Part shown: piece by piece, positions 37,155-46,315 of the stretch | How positions within the stretch are numbered: position 1 is the stretch's first letter | Layout of the letters: each line of letters begins with the position of its first letter | Virus record (IMG/VR): IMGVR_UViG_3300009104_001210 | Coordinates: 62,001-126,000 of that record | DNA length: 64,000 nucleotides | Direction: 5' to 3' (one strand) | The notes under the pieces: model-generated | Told to the model about the DNA's origin: nothing | The model's input: only the letters and a program-made list of their open reading frames with translations | The model's database searches: none | Made by a program: the position numbers and the translations under genes

Positions 37155-37708
37155 TGGCTATATTACAAAACGATAACAGAATAGAACAAATAGAATATTC
37201 AGCAGGAATTACTGATATACAAGAGTTTGTGTATGAAAATAATCCAGATATTGCAGTTCCAAGTGGTATAGAATTTCATAAAATAATAACTAAAAATAAA
37301 CAAATTGTATATCAAACTCTTTCTTCACCAGCAAAGCATTCAGAAATAATTATTAGAAAGAGAAACCTAACAGATTTTGAAGGTTACTTAGAAGCCACAG
37401 ATAATAATCCACCAACATCTTTTTATTTTCGAAATAAAAAAGTAGAACCAAAACCAGTTAATTATAAAAAAGGATTTTTTGATAGATTTTTTGTACAGTT
37501 AGCATCAGATACACACGCACCTATTTTGGAAATAGAAGGCAAAGATTTTAAAGTAGCAGACGCTACTTATGCCAAAGTTAAAATAAGGTGGTCTTTAAGT
37601 AGTAATCCAGAGGAGCAAGAAGAGTTAAATCGTAGAGCAGTAGATTTGGCAGAAGAAAAATTTCCACAAATTAGACATAAGATATATAATTTAATTGAAT
37701 TTGGGTAA
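37154..37708 (+). CDS. Hypothetical (baseplate-associated) protein
   Basis: 184 aa; coupled to the upstream gene; RFFVQ motif. Confidence 0.55.
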   Translation: MAILQNDNRIEQIEYSAGITDIQEFVYENNPDIAVPSGIEFHKIITKNKQIVYQTLSSPAKHSEIIIRKRNLTDFEGYLEATDNNPPTSFYFRNKKVEPKPVNYKKGFFDRFFVQLASDTHAPILEIEGKDFKVADATYAKVKIRWSLSSNPEEQEELNRRAVDLAEEKFPQIRHKIYNLIEFG

Positions 37709-37744
37709 TAAGCTTTATATTTATGATCCAATAAAGGTTATAAA

Positions 37745-39022
37745 TTGAAATTTATAGAAAATAGCATGGAATTCAATGCTTTCTTGCAAGACTATGAGGA
37801 AGCAAATCAAATCATAGCACTTCCCGTTCCCGTTGATTACAAAAAACATCCTGTAGAAACAAAATTATCTTTTGTTCTTTTTTTAATTGATGGAAAACCT
37901 TTCACACTTACATTTAATCATACAGATGCAAAAAATCTTCAGTTTGAAGATTTACGTATAATAAATAATAAAAACAAACCAATATACACTCTTGATAAAA
38001 AACAAGCATATCATCTTACACATTTAGATAATTTCATTGATGTAAATTTACTTAACTATTGGAATACAGGTGAGAAAACTAATTTAGATTTATATCTTAA
38101 TGATACAATTCGAGATTATCATATGAAATATTATGAGAAAGAAGATATAAACGCATCTATTCCTATAATGAAATTCACATATCATTTATATAAGATAGCA
38201 ATGGAAATGCAGGTTATTCTTTCAAAATATGACACTTCTGACATTTTGACATATAATGATGAAATGTTTGATAACTTTATACATATAGAAAAAAATGGTT
38301 TACAAACAACTGATGGTATGGTATATTCAGAGTATAATCCATTCACATCTACAGGTCGTCCATCAAATAGATTTGGTGGAGTTAATTTCGCAGCATTAAA
38401 TAAGAGTGATCGTAGTAGAGAAAAATTTATTAGTAGATTTGGTAGTGAGGGTAAATTGGTTGAGTTTGATTATGATGCATATCACTTGAGATTAATAGCA
38501 GATAAAGTAGAATATGAATTCCCCGAAGGTTCAGTACATGAGCATATGGCAAAATATTATAATTGTGATTATGAAGAATCAAAAAGGAGATCATTTCAGT
38601 ATCTTTATGGTGGAATACCGATAGAAGTGTGGCAACTAAATCCATTTTTTTCAAGTGTATATGACTATGTAAATAATCTTTGGAATATATATAAAGAAGA
38701 ACATTTTATCAAATCAGATATTTATAGTAGAGAAATAAAGGGAAGTAATTTTAACGCCAACAAATTGTTTAATTATTACATTCAATTATTGGAAACTGAA
38801 ACAAATGTGGTAGTTATAAAAAAGGTTAGACAATTAATGAATAAATATAAAAGTAAGTTTATATTGTACAGTTACGATTCATTTTTATTTGATATGCATA
38901 TAGAAGATGGATTACCATTTTTAAAAGAATTGAAAGATGTTTTGGAAAATAATAAGTTTCCAACAAAAGTTGCTTGGGGTAAAAACTATGATGACCTTGT
39001 AGATATTACGGAGAAATTTTAA
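37745..39022 (+). CDS. Compact family A DNA polymerase-like protein
   Basis: TSTGRPSN, motif A EFDYDAYHLRLI, motif B SKRRSFQYLYGG, motif C YSYDSFLFD; TTG start with SD AAGGT; no 5'-3' exonuclease domain. Confidence 0.8.
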   Translation: MKFIENSMEFNAFLQDYEEANQIIALPVPVDYKKHPVETKLSFVLFLIDGKPFTLTFNHTDAKNLQFEDLRIINNKNKPIYTLDKKQAYHLTHLDNFIDVNLLNYWNTGEKTNLDLYLNDTIRDYHMKYYEKEDINASIPIMKFTYHLYKIAMEMQVILSKYDTSDILTYNDEMFDNFIHIEKNGLQTTDGMVYSEYNPFTSTGRPSNRFGGVNFAALNKSDRSREKFISRFGSEGKLVEFDYDAYHLRLIADKVEYEFPEGSVHEHMAKYYNCDYEESKRRSFQYLYGGIPIEVWQLNPFFSSVYDYVNNLWNIYKEEHFIKSDIYSREIKGSNFNANKLFNYYIQLLETETNVVVIKKVRQLMNKYKSKFILYSYDSFLFDMHIEDGLPFLKELKDVLENNKFPTKVAWGKNYDDLVDITEKF

Positions 39023-41163
39023 TGTTTGAATGGAAAACTTTTTTCAACGATTTTGCAGAAGAGTACTATTCAGTACCATACTTAGATAAGAAAGAGCACA
39101 TATACGCTTTACAAAACTATCTTATAGCAAAAGGTATGTTAGTAGAGGATGTTGATTATGCCATTAAAACTCTTTTGGGTGAAGAAACACCTGTAAATTC
39201 TTGGAGTGATAGAAAAACACATAAAGAAGAAGAAAGAAAAAGAGTAGCCGAAGAGAAACCTAAGTACGCTAAGGCATCGGGTGGAAAATATTATGTGAAA
39301 AATAAAGAAACAGGAAATGTTTATTCAGTTGTTAAACCTAATCCCGAAAAACATGATCCAATTAGCAGAGAGAAAGCAGAAAAAGAAGTAGAGAAAGATG
39401 GTGGTGGAAAAGAAGATAAAGCTCAAAGTTTCGCCAGAGAAAAATTTAAAAAGGCTTTAGATCATCAAATGAGTACAATAGAATTTGAGCCAGAAAGTGA
39501 TAAAGAAGTTTTTCAAAAAGTTATTGATAAAGTAAGTAATCAAGATGCCAATTTTTCAGACGAGGAAAAGAAAATTGCTGGAAAATATATTGCTAAAAGT
39601 GATTCAGATAAAACAGCAAAACTTTATATTGCTAAAGTTGGTCCGCAAACTTTTGATGATAAAGCTAGACGTGGACAAGTTAATTATGCAAAAAGTAAGG
39701 CTGGAAGACAATATATAGATAAATTACAAAAAGTACTTAATCTTCCAACAACTGCTGCTCAAGCTAAGAAAACAGATGCGGGTAGAGTGGCTTCTAAAAT
39801 TAGAACAAAAGATATATCACCCACAGATATAAATAAAGAAATTGAAGTTGGTGTATCTAGAGTAAAGGATTCCAAAGGTAATATTACAGCAGTTAAGTTT
39901 GGTAATAAAGAACATAAATTAGCATCTGTACCTGATAAACAAAAATTAAAACAAACTTTTATGGATAAAGGTATGTCTGACGAACAGGCAGAACTTAGAG
40001 CTAAAAAAGTTAGACGTTCAATTAGAAAACACAATGAATATTTAGTAGATTTAACACAAACTCTTGATAAAGAGTCGGGTGAATTTGTACCTCGAAAAAA
40101 CTTTAAAGTAGCAAGTATGATAAAAGGTGCTGATCCATCAACTGAAGAGGGTAGACAGAAAATTCTTGAAGAATATCCTAAAAAAATACATCGTATTTTT
40201 AAAGACATTGTGGCAAAAAGTCCTGGTGGAATAACAGAAGATGAAAAAAGAGCTTTAAATACATTAAGAGATTTAAATTCTAATCTTTCAACTGAAGAGT
40301 ATGAGAAAGAATGTCTAAATGTTATACATACTATTTTAAGGACTCCTTCACTTGCTTCTGGTGGTGCAGATTTGGCTGAAAGTATAACAGGTTTGATACA
40401 AACTAAAAAAGGACATGAGATTTATTTTCCAAGTGATGTTACTTATAAAGTAGGTGATATGATTTCTTTGGGTGATTTAGGTGATTTAAATCCTACTGAT
40501 CCTGATTATTATAATAAAGTTGCTGACGCTGCATCTTCTATTATAGTAACAGTTGAAGCTGAAGGACCTGCTAGTGTTAAAGTGGGTGCAGGAGCAGCTA
40601 GTTCTGCTGAAGAAAAAGTAAGAATGACAGAGTATGAGAATCCAAAAACAAGGTCAGCGTTAAGTGGTTTAGTATCAACTCATAAGTTAATGTTTGATAA
40701 ACCTCAAGATTTAAATAAAGCAGATGAGAATATTCAGAAAGCAAGAGATCATGCTCTATCTATTGGTATTACACAAGAAGAGCTTGATAAGATAGATGAA
40801 AAGGCAAAAGCACAATCAGCAAAATGGAAAGAACTTTGGAAAGGAAGAGCAAAGAAAGGTACTGAAGATTGGTCAGATGAAGATTGGGATAAAATGGAAC
40901 AAACTTTGGTTAGATTTGCACAATCTCACTTATTAATTCAAGATATTAATAATAAGGATATGATATACCAAAAATTTACAAACTATAGGTATAATGATAA
41001 AGTAAGTGGAACAGAAGTGGATAGAACTGATGGTGTTAATTGTTTAGGATCTATTAAAGCTGCTATGAATATGGGATTTACTTGGAGTGAAGGTGGTGGA
41101 GTGAGACCGCAGAATACTTTTTCAAGTAGAATTGGTAATACCTGTAAGGATGTGAAAAAATAA
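39022..41163 (+). CDS. Large hypothetical protein
   Basis: 713 aa; Lys/Glu-rich and modular. Confidence 0.7.
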   Translation: MFEWKTFFNDFAEEYYSVPYLDKKEHIYALQNYLIAKGMLVEDVDYAIKTLLGEETPVNSWSDRKTHKEEERKRVAEEKPKYAKASGGKYYVKNKETGNVYSVVKPNPEKHDPISREKAEKEVEKDGGGKEDKAQSFAREKFKKALDHQMSTIEFEPESDKEVFQKVIDKVSNQDANFSDEEKKIAGKYIAKSDSDKTAKLYIAKVGPQTFDDKARRGQVNYAKSKAGRQYIDKLQKVLNLPTTAAQAKKTDAGRVASKIRTKDISPTDINKEIEVGVSRVKDSKGNITAVKFGNKEHKLASVPDKQKLKQTFMDKGMSDEQAELRAKKVRRSIRKHNEYLVDLTQTLDKESGEFVPRKNFKVASMIKGADPSTEEGRQKILEEYPKKIHRIFKDIVAKSPGGITEDEKRALNTLRDLNSNLSTEEYEKECLNVIHTILRTPSLASGGADLAESITGLIQTKKGHEIYFPSDVTYKVGDMISLGDLGDLNPTDPDYYNKVADAASSIIVTVEAEGPASVKVGAGAASSAEEKVRMTEYENPKTRSALSGLVSTHKLMFDKPQDLNKADENIQKARDHALSIGITQEELDKIDEKAKAQSAKWKELWKGRAKKGTEDWSDEDWDKMEQTLVRFAQSHLLIQDINNKDMIYQKFTNYRYNDKVSGTEVDRTDGVNCLGSIKAAMNMGFTWSEGGGVRPQNTFSSRIGNTCKDVKK

Positions 41164-41164
41164 T

Positions 41165-41587
41165 ATGAAGACACAATTATTAGCAACATTTTGTAAAAGA
41201 AATAAACTATACGAAACTATAGATTTAATTATAGTGTGTAATGAAATCATTTTTGATAAGATATATGTATTTCAAAATGAAAATGATTATCATCAATTGA
41301 TTTGTACATATAATGTAGAAGCAACAGATGAATTTACAGATGGCACTATAGATACTATTTCTATACATAGAAAGAAACAATCCAATACATTGTACACTAT
41401 AAATGCACTTAATGAATTGGTTAAAGAATTGAACAACGGGGTTTTGAATAATAAATTTCCAGTTCCCTGGGAGAATTATAGAAATCGTTTGCTATTGACA
41501 AACGATGAAGGACTATATGAGATACCTACAAGGGTATATTCAATAATACATACTAAGTCTTGGGAATCCAAATTAGACGAAAAATAA
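41165..41587 (+). CDS. Hypothetical protein
   Basis: 140 aa; IHRKKQSNTLYTINALNEL motif; intact ORF before the SSB promoter region. Confidence 0.7.
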   Translation: MKTQLLATFCKRNKLYETIDLIIVCNEIIFDKIYVFQNENDYHQLICTYNVEATDEFTDGTIDTISIHRKKQSNTLYTINALNELVKELNNGVLNNKFPVPWENYRNRLLLTNDEGLYEIPTRVYSIIHTKSWESKLDEK

Positions 41588-41679
41588 ATTGTATTTTCAG
41601 AAAGTACAATGATATATATTATTGATGTTAATTGTTACACTAAGTAAAACAATAATAAATGACAAATAGGAGATAGAAA

Positions 41680-42459
41680 ATGGATATTAGCGCAATCAAG
41701 AAGCGTCTTAATCAGCTTCAAACTACAAACACTCGTACATCAAATCTTTGGAAACCTCAACCAGGTACAACTCAGATTAGAATTGTTCCTTATAAACATA
41801 ATAAGGAAAATCCTTTTATTGAGTTATTTTTCCATTATGATTTGGGTAGAAAATCTTATCTTTCACCCGTTTCATTTGGTCGTCCAGACCCGATTGAAGA
41901 ATTCGCACAGAAACTAAAATCTTCTGGTAATAAAGAAGACTATCGTTTAGGTAGAAAAATTGAAGCAAAAATGAGAACTTTTGCTCCAGTTGTAGTTCGT
42001 GGTGAAGAAAATGAAGGTGTTAAGTATTGGGGCTTTGGAAAAACAGTTTATCAAGAACTGTTATCTATAATCGCAGATCCTGATTACGGAGATATCACAG
42101 ATCCAATGAATGGTCGTGATGTTTCTGTAGAATTCAAGACAGCAGAAGAGACAGGCGGTTCGTTTCCGAAAACGACTATTAGGGTTAAACCTAATCAGAC
42201 TCCAGTTACGGAAGATGCTGATGTTCTTGAACTAATGACTAACAACCAAACAGACATTCGTGAGATTTATAAGGAACAAACTTATGAAGAACTTACAGAA
42301 GTACTTAACGATTGGTTAAATCCTTCTGAAGACGAAACAGAAAAAAATGGTGTTAAGGCAGAGAGTTCGGATAAATCGGTAACACAATCTGTAGTTAAAG
42401 AAGATGTAAAATCTACAGAAGATGTGTCGGCAGCATTTGACGATCTATTTAATAAATAA
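41680..42459 (+). CDS. Single-stranded DNA-binding protein (gp32-like)
   Basis: WKPQPG..QIRIVP, WGFGKTVYQEL, DITDPMNGRD and acidic tail AFDDLFNK; SD AGGAG. Confidence 0.82.
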   Translation: MDISAIKKRLNQLQTTNTRTSNLWKPQPGTTQIRIVPYKHNKENPFIELFFHYDLGRKSYLSPVSFGRPDPIEEFAQKLKSSGNKEDYRLGRKIEAKMRTFAPVVVRGEENEGVKYWGFGKTVYQELLSIIADPDYGDITDPMNGRDVSVEFKTAEETGGSFPKTTIRVKPNQTPVTEDADVLELMTNNQTDIREIYKEQTYEELTEVLNDWLNPSEDETEKNGVKAESSDKSVTQSVVKEDVKSTEDVSAAFDDLFNK

Positions 42460-42476
42460 AAAACAGACAATAAGTT

Positions 42477-42500
42477 GGGGAGTGATTGGTTTCGCTCCCC
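42477..42500 (+). promoter_or_regulatory. GC-rich hairpin between SSB and RecA genes
   Basis: GGGGAGTGA-TTGGTT-TCGCTCCCC, 9-bp stem with one G-U pair. Confidence 0.6.
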
Positions 42501-42529
42501 TAGGTTTTGAATTGAAACGGAGTTTATAG

Positions 42530-43627
42530 ATGTCTACAAGAGACAAATTAGCAGGGGCTCTAGCTGAAAGTTTAAACAAAACATTCAAAGATACAAAAGT
42601 TGCATACTTTCTTGATGGTTCTGGCACAACACCTACAGATATAAAAGAATTTATTTCTACAGGTTCTACATTATTAGATTTAGCAATATCAAATAAAGCA
42701 AATGGTGGTATTGCAGTTGGTAGAATTACAGAACTTAATGGATTGGAATCAAGTGGTAAATCTTTGGTTGGTGCACATCTTTTAGCAGAGACTCAAAAAA
42801 AGGGTGGAGTAGCAGTTTATATTGATACAGAAACCTCAGTAAGCCAAGACTTTTTAAAAGTTATTGGTGTAGATGTAGGTACAATGTTATATCTACATTT
42901 AGAAACAGTTGAAGATATATTCGCAGCAGTAGAAGAGATTGTAGCAAAAGTTAGAGAGTCAGATAAAGATAGGTTAGTAACTATTCTTGTAGATTCACTT
43001 GCAGCTGCATCAACAAATGTAGAGATGGAAGCTGACTTTGATAAAGATGGTTGGGCTACAAGTAAAGCAATCATTATATCTAAAGCTATGAGAAAAATAA
43101 CACAAATGATTGGTAGACAGAGAGTAGCTCTTGTGTTTACAAATCAACTCAGACAAAAACTTGGTGTGATGTTCGGAGACCCCTGGACTACAAGTGGTGG
43201 TAAAGCATTACCATTTCACGCATCTACAAGAATTAGATTGAAGAACAAAGGTCAAATCAAAGATACTAAAAAGAATACAATTGGTATGACGATACTTGCA
43301 CAAGTTATTAAGAATCGTTTAGGTCCACCTTTGAGAAGTTGTGAGTTCCCTCTATATTTTGAGAGTGGAATTGATGATGTGGGTAGTTGGTTAAAAGTGA
43401 TGAAAGATCATAAGATAGTGAAACAGGCTGGTGCTTGGTATACTATAACTGACCATTTAGGTGAAGAACATAAATTTCAATCAAAAGAATTCGCACATAA
43501 GTTATCAGACCCAGACTTTAAATCATATGTATATGACCAAATTTGTGAAAAGGTAATATTAAAGTATGATATAAAAGATTTAGGTATTGATGATGTTATT
43601 GAGACAGATGAGGTGGTTGGTGAATAA
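42530..43627 (+). CDS. recA: RecA/UvsX recombinase
   Basis: ISTGSTLLDLAI, Walker A GLESSGKS, VDSLAA, TNQLR, TSGGKALPFHASTRIRL. Confidence 0.93.
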   Translation: MSTRDKLAGALAESLNKTFKDTKVAYFLDGSGTTPTDIKEFISTGSTLLDLAISNKANGGIAVGRITELNGLESSGKSLVGAHLLAETQKKGGVAVYIDTETSVSQDFLKVIGVDVGTMLYLHLETVEDIFAAVEEIVAKVRESDKDRLVTILVDSLAAASTNVEMEADFDKDGWATSKAIIISKAMRKITQMIGRQRVALVFTNQLRQKLGVMFGDPWTTSGGKALPFHASTRIRLKNKGQIKDTKKNTIGMTILAQVIKNRLGPPLRSCEFPLYFESGIDDVGSWLKVMKDHKIVKQAGAWYTITDHLGEEHKFQSKEFAHKLSDPDFKSYVYDQICEKVILKYDIKDLGIDDVIETDEVVGE

Positions 43628-44691
43628 TGTCAAATGCCAAATATCTGTCTATATTTGAAGAGATAAAGAAAAAGGGGGGATCTGTAGATTTTGATAACCC
43701 CGACAAAAAAGTTTTAATAGTTGACGGCTTGAACACTTTCATTAGGGTGTTCAGCGTAATGCCAACTCTAAACGAAAACGGTGTTCATGTTGGTGGTATT
43801 GTTGGTTTTCTTAAAAGCATAGGATTTGCCATTAATATGTTTAATCCCACCCGTACTATCATTGTATTTGACGGTAAGGGTGGGAGTAACCGCCGTCGTA
43901 AATTATATTCCGATTATAAAAATAAACGTAGAACTTCTTACAGAGTCAATAGAGTAGAAAGTATTGGTGGAAATGTTGATGAAGAAAGAAAGAATATGTA
44001 TATGCAGCTTAGAAGAGTTGCAGACTATCTTGAACTATTACCATTAACCACTATATCCGTAGATGGTATCGAAGCAGATGATGCTATAGCATATATTGCA
44101 AAGAGTGTAATACCAAATGGTAAGAAAGTCATTATGTCAACCGACAAAGATTTCTTACAGTTAGTATCTGATGATATCAAGGTTTGGTCTCCTACAAAAA
44201 AGAAATTATATGACAAAGAAGCAGTTTTAGAAGAGTATGGATTGACGCCTGAAAACTTTATTCTTAATAAGATAATTGAAGGAGATAAATCAGATAATAT
44301 ACCTGGTGTAAATGGAGTAGCAAATAAAACTTTGATAAAAAATATACCAACTTTGGCTGAAGATAATACTAATTATAGAATAGATGAACTACTTAAATAT
44401 TCTCATGAAAATAAGGATAGTGGTGGTAGTTTTTTTATAAAAATATTACAAAGTAAAGATATACTTGAACGAAACTATAAGTTAATGCAATTAGAAAATG
44501 TTGAAATTAGTGCTTCAACTAAAACTAAATTGATTGATTTAATCAGAGGTCCTATCAGACGATTAGTTAAATATAAATTCGAATCCATGTTCATGGAAGA
44601 TAGATTATTTCAGAATTTACCAAATGTAAGTAGTTGGTTAGCTCAGAACTTTACTACTATGGATAAGTACGCGGAGAAAACCAATGGGTAG
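43627..44691 (+). CDS. 5'-3' exonuclease / flap endonuclease (T4 RNase H-like)
   Basis: IVDGLN, VFDGKGG, EADDAIAY, STDKDFLQL, GDKSDNIPGVNG. Confidence 0.92.
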   Translation: MSNAKYLSIFEEIKKKGGSVDFDNPDKKVLIVDGLNTFIRVFSVMPTLNENGVHVGGIVGFLKSIGFAINMFNPTRTIIVFDGKGGSNRRRKLYSDYKNKRRTSYRVNRVESIGGNVDEERKNMYMQLRRVADYLELLPLTTISVDGIEADDAIAYIAKSVIPNGKKVIMSTDKDFLQLVSDDIKVWSPTKKKLYDKEAVLEEYGLTPENFILNKIIEGDKSDNIPGVNGVANKTLIKNIPTLAEDNTNYRIDELLKYSHENKDSGGSFFIKILQSKDILERNYKLMQLENVEISASTKTKLIDLIRGPIRRLVKYKFESMFMEDRLFQNLPNVSSWLAQNFTTMDKYAEKTNG

Positions 44692-44863
44692 AAAAAGAAA
44701 ATATTTTACTGCTAAAGAAAAGAAAGAAGCACAACGAAAATGGCAGATGGAACACTATGAGAGAAATAAAGAAGTTATTCTCAAGAAAATGAAAGAGAAA
44801 TATAGACTTAAAAAGGTTAATGCATTGAAATCAGAAAAAATGAAGACGATATATGGAGAGTAA
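44684..44863 (+). CDS. Small basic helical protein, 59 aa
   Basis: MGRKRKYFTAKEKKEAQRKWQMEHYERNKEVILKKMKEKYRLKKVNALKSEKMKTIYGE; SD GGAG about 8 nt upstream; not in the ORF track. Confidence 0.6.
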   Translation: MGRKRKYFTAKEKKEAQRKWQMEHYERNKEVILKKMKEKYRLKKVNALKSEKMKTIYGE

Positions 44864-46229
44864 TACATTACATACGTATGGAAATGCCTTTCAATCAAAA
44901 ACTATTTCTGCATTTTTAACTGATAGTTTATTTTTACAAACTATTATAGAGATTGTTAAGCCAGAGTATTTTGAATCGGAAGCAAATAAATGGCTAGTTA
45001 CAGAAATACATAAATATTTTATTAATTATAAAACTTCACCTACATTAGAAGCATTGAAAATTGAAGTTAATAGTGTAGAGAATGAAGTTTTTCGTCTTAC
45101 TATAATAGAAGCACTTAAAGAAGCTTGGAAACACAAAGATTCTACAGATTTAAAATATGTTCAAGAAAAAACATTAGATTTTTGTAAGAATCAAGTTCTA
45201 AAATCTGCTATTATGGAATCTGTAAGTCTATTAGAAAACCAAAACTATGATGGTATTAAAACTGTTATAGATAGTGCTATGAAGGCAGGAACTGCTGTTG
45301 ATATAGGACATGAATATAATATAGGTATAGAAGAAAGATTAACTAAGTCTACAAGAACTACTATAAAAACGCCATGGGATGTGATAAATGATATAATGGA
45401 TGGTGGTCTTGGAGAAGGTGAGTTGGGGGTGGTTGTTGCGCCTGCAGGTATTGGTAAAACATGGTTATTGCAAAGTATTGCTGCAGGCGCAATTAAAAAA
45501 GGATTTACAGTAGTACATTATACTTTAGAATTAAATGAAAATTATGTTGGGTTGAGGTATGATACAGTTCTTAGTGGTATAACTACTCAAAATATAAAAT
45601 ATCATAAAGATGAAGTAAAGAAAATAATTGAAAGTGTCCCAGGTAAGATGGTTATTAAATATTATCCAACACGGGCAGCAACAGTTAATACAATTTCAGC
45701 ACATTTAAAACAATTAGAATTAAAAGATATAAAACCTGATTTAGTTATAGTAGATTATGCAGATATATTGAGAGATGTTAGTGGTATGAGAGAAGTTAGA
45801 CACCAATTAGGTAGTATTTATGAAGATTTAAGAGGGTTAGCGGGCGAGTTTGAAATTCCAGTGTGGACTGCATCTCAGGCTAATCGTTCAGCACTTGAAG
45901 AAGAAGTTATTGAAGCAACAAAAGTTGCTGAAGCATATAGTAAAGTTATGATTGCTGATTTTGTGTTAAGTATTAGTAGACAAGCACAAGATAAAATAAG
46001 TCATACTGCTAGGTGTCATATTATTAAGAATAGATTTGGTGTTGATGGTTTAACTTATCCAATGGGTATGAATACTAACATTGGTAAGATAGATATTTAT
46101 GAAAGCACGAGTAAACCAGGCAAAGAACAACAAGGTAAAATGGATAATAGAGAAGAGTTTAGAAGAAAATTGTTAGCTAGTAAGTATAACGACATGAAGG
46201 ATGAAAAAACTTCAGAAGGATTTGAATAA
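44853..46229 (+). CDS. dnaB: Replicative DNA helicase (DnaB/gp41-like)
   Basis: Walker A APAGIGKT, HYTLELNE, IVDYADIL, WTASQANR, IKNRFG. Confidence 0.92.
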   Translation: MESNTLHTYGNAFQSKTISAFLTDSLFLQTIIEIVKPEYFESEANKWLVTEIHKYFINYKTSPTLEALKIEVNSVENEVFRLTIIEALKEAWKHKDSTDLKYVQEKTLDFCKNQVLKSAIMESVSLLENQNYDGIKTVIDSAMKAGTAVDIGHEYNIGIEERLTKSTRTTIKTPWDVINDIMDGGLGEGELGVVVAPAGIGKTWLLQSIAAGAIKKGFTVVHYTLELNENYVGLRYDTVLSGITTQNIKYHKDEVKKIIESVPGKMVIKYYPTRAATVNTISAHLKQLELKDIKPDLVIVDYADILRDVSGMREVRHQLGSIYEDLRGLAGEFEIPVWTASQANRSALEEEVIEATKVAEAYSKVMIADFVLSISRQAQDKISHTARCHIIKNRFGVDGLTYPMGMNTNIGKIDIYESTSKPGKEQQGKMDNREEFRRKLLASKYNDMKDEKTSEGFE

Positions 46230-46315
46230 AGTCATTAAGAATACAATATATATTATACTTACTTATAGTGGGAATTAAAAAACCAGAAGGTATTAGATTA
46301 TAGGAGATTGGTAAA

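Noticed and set aside
46230-46315. Cobalamin riboswitch upstream of nrdJ
   Set aside because: The gap is only about 85 nt, AT-rich, and lacks recognisable B12-box structure.
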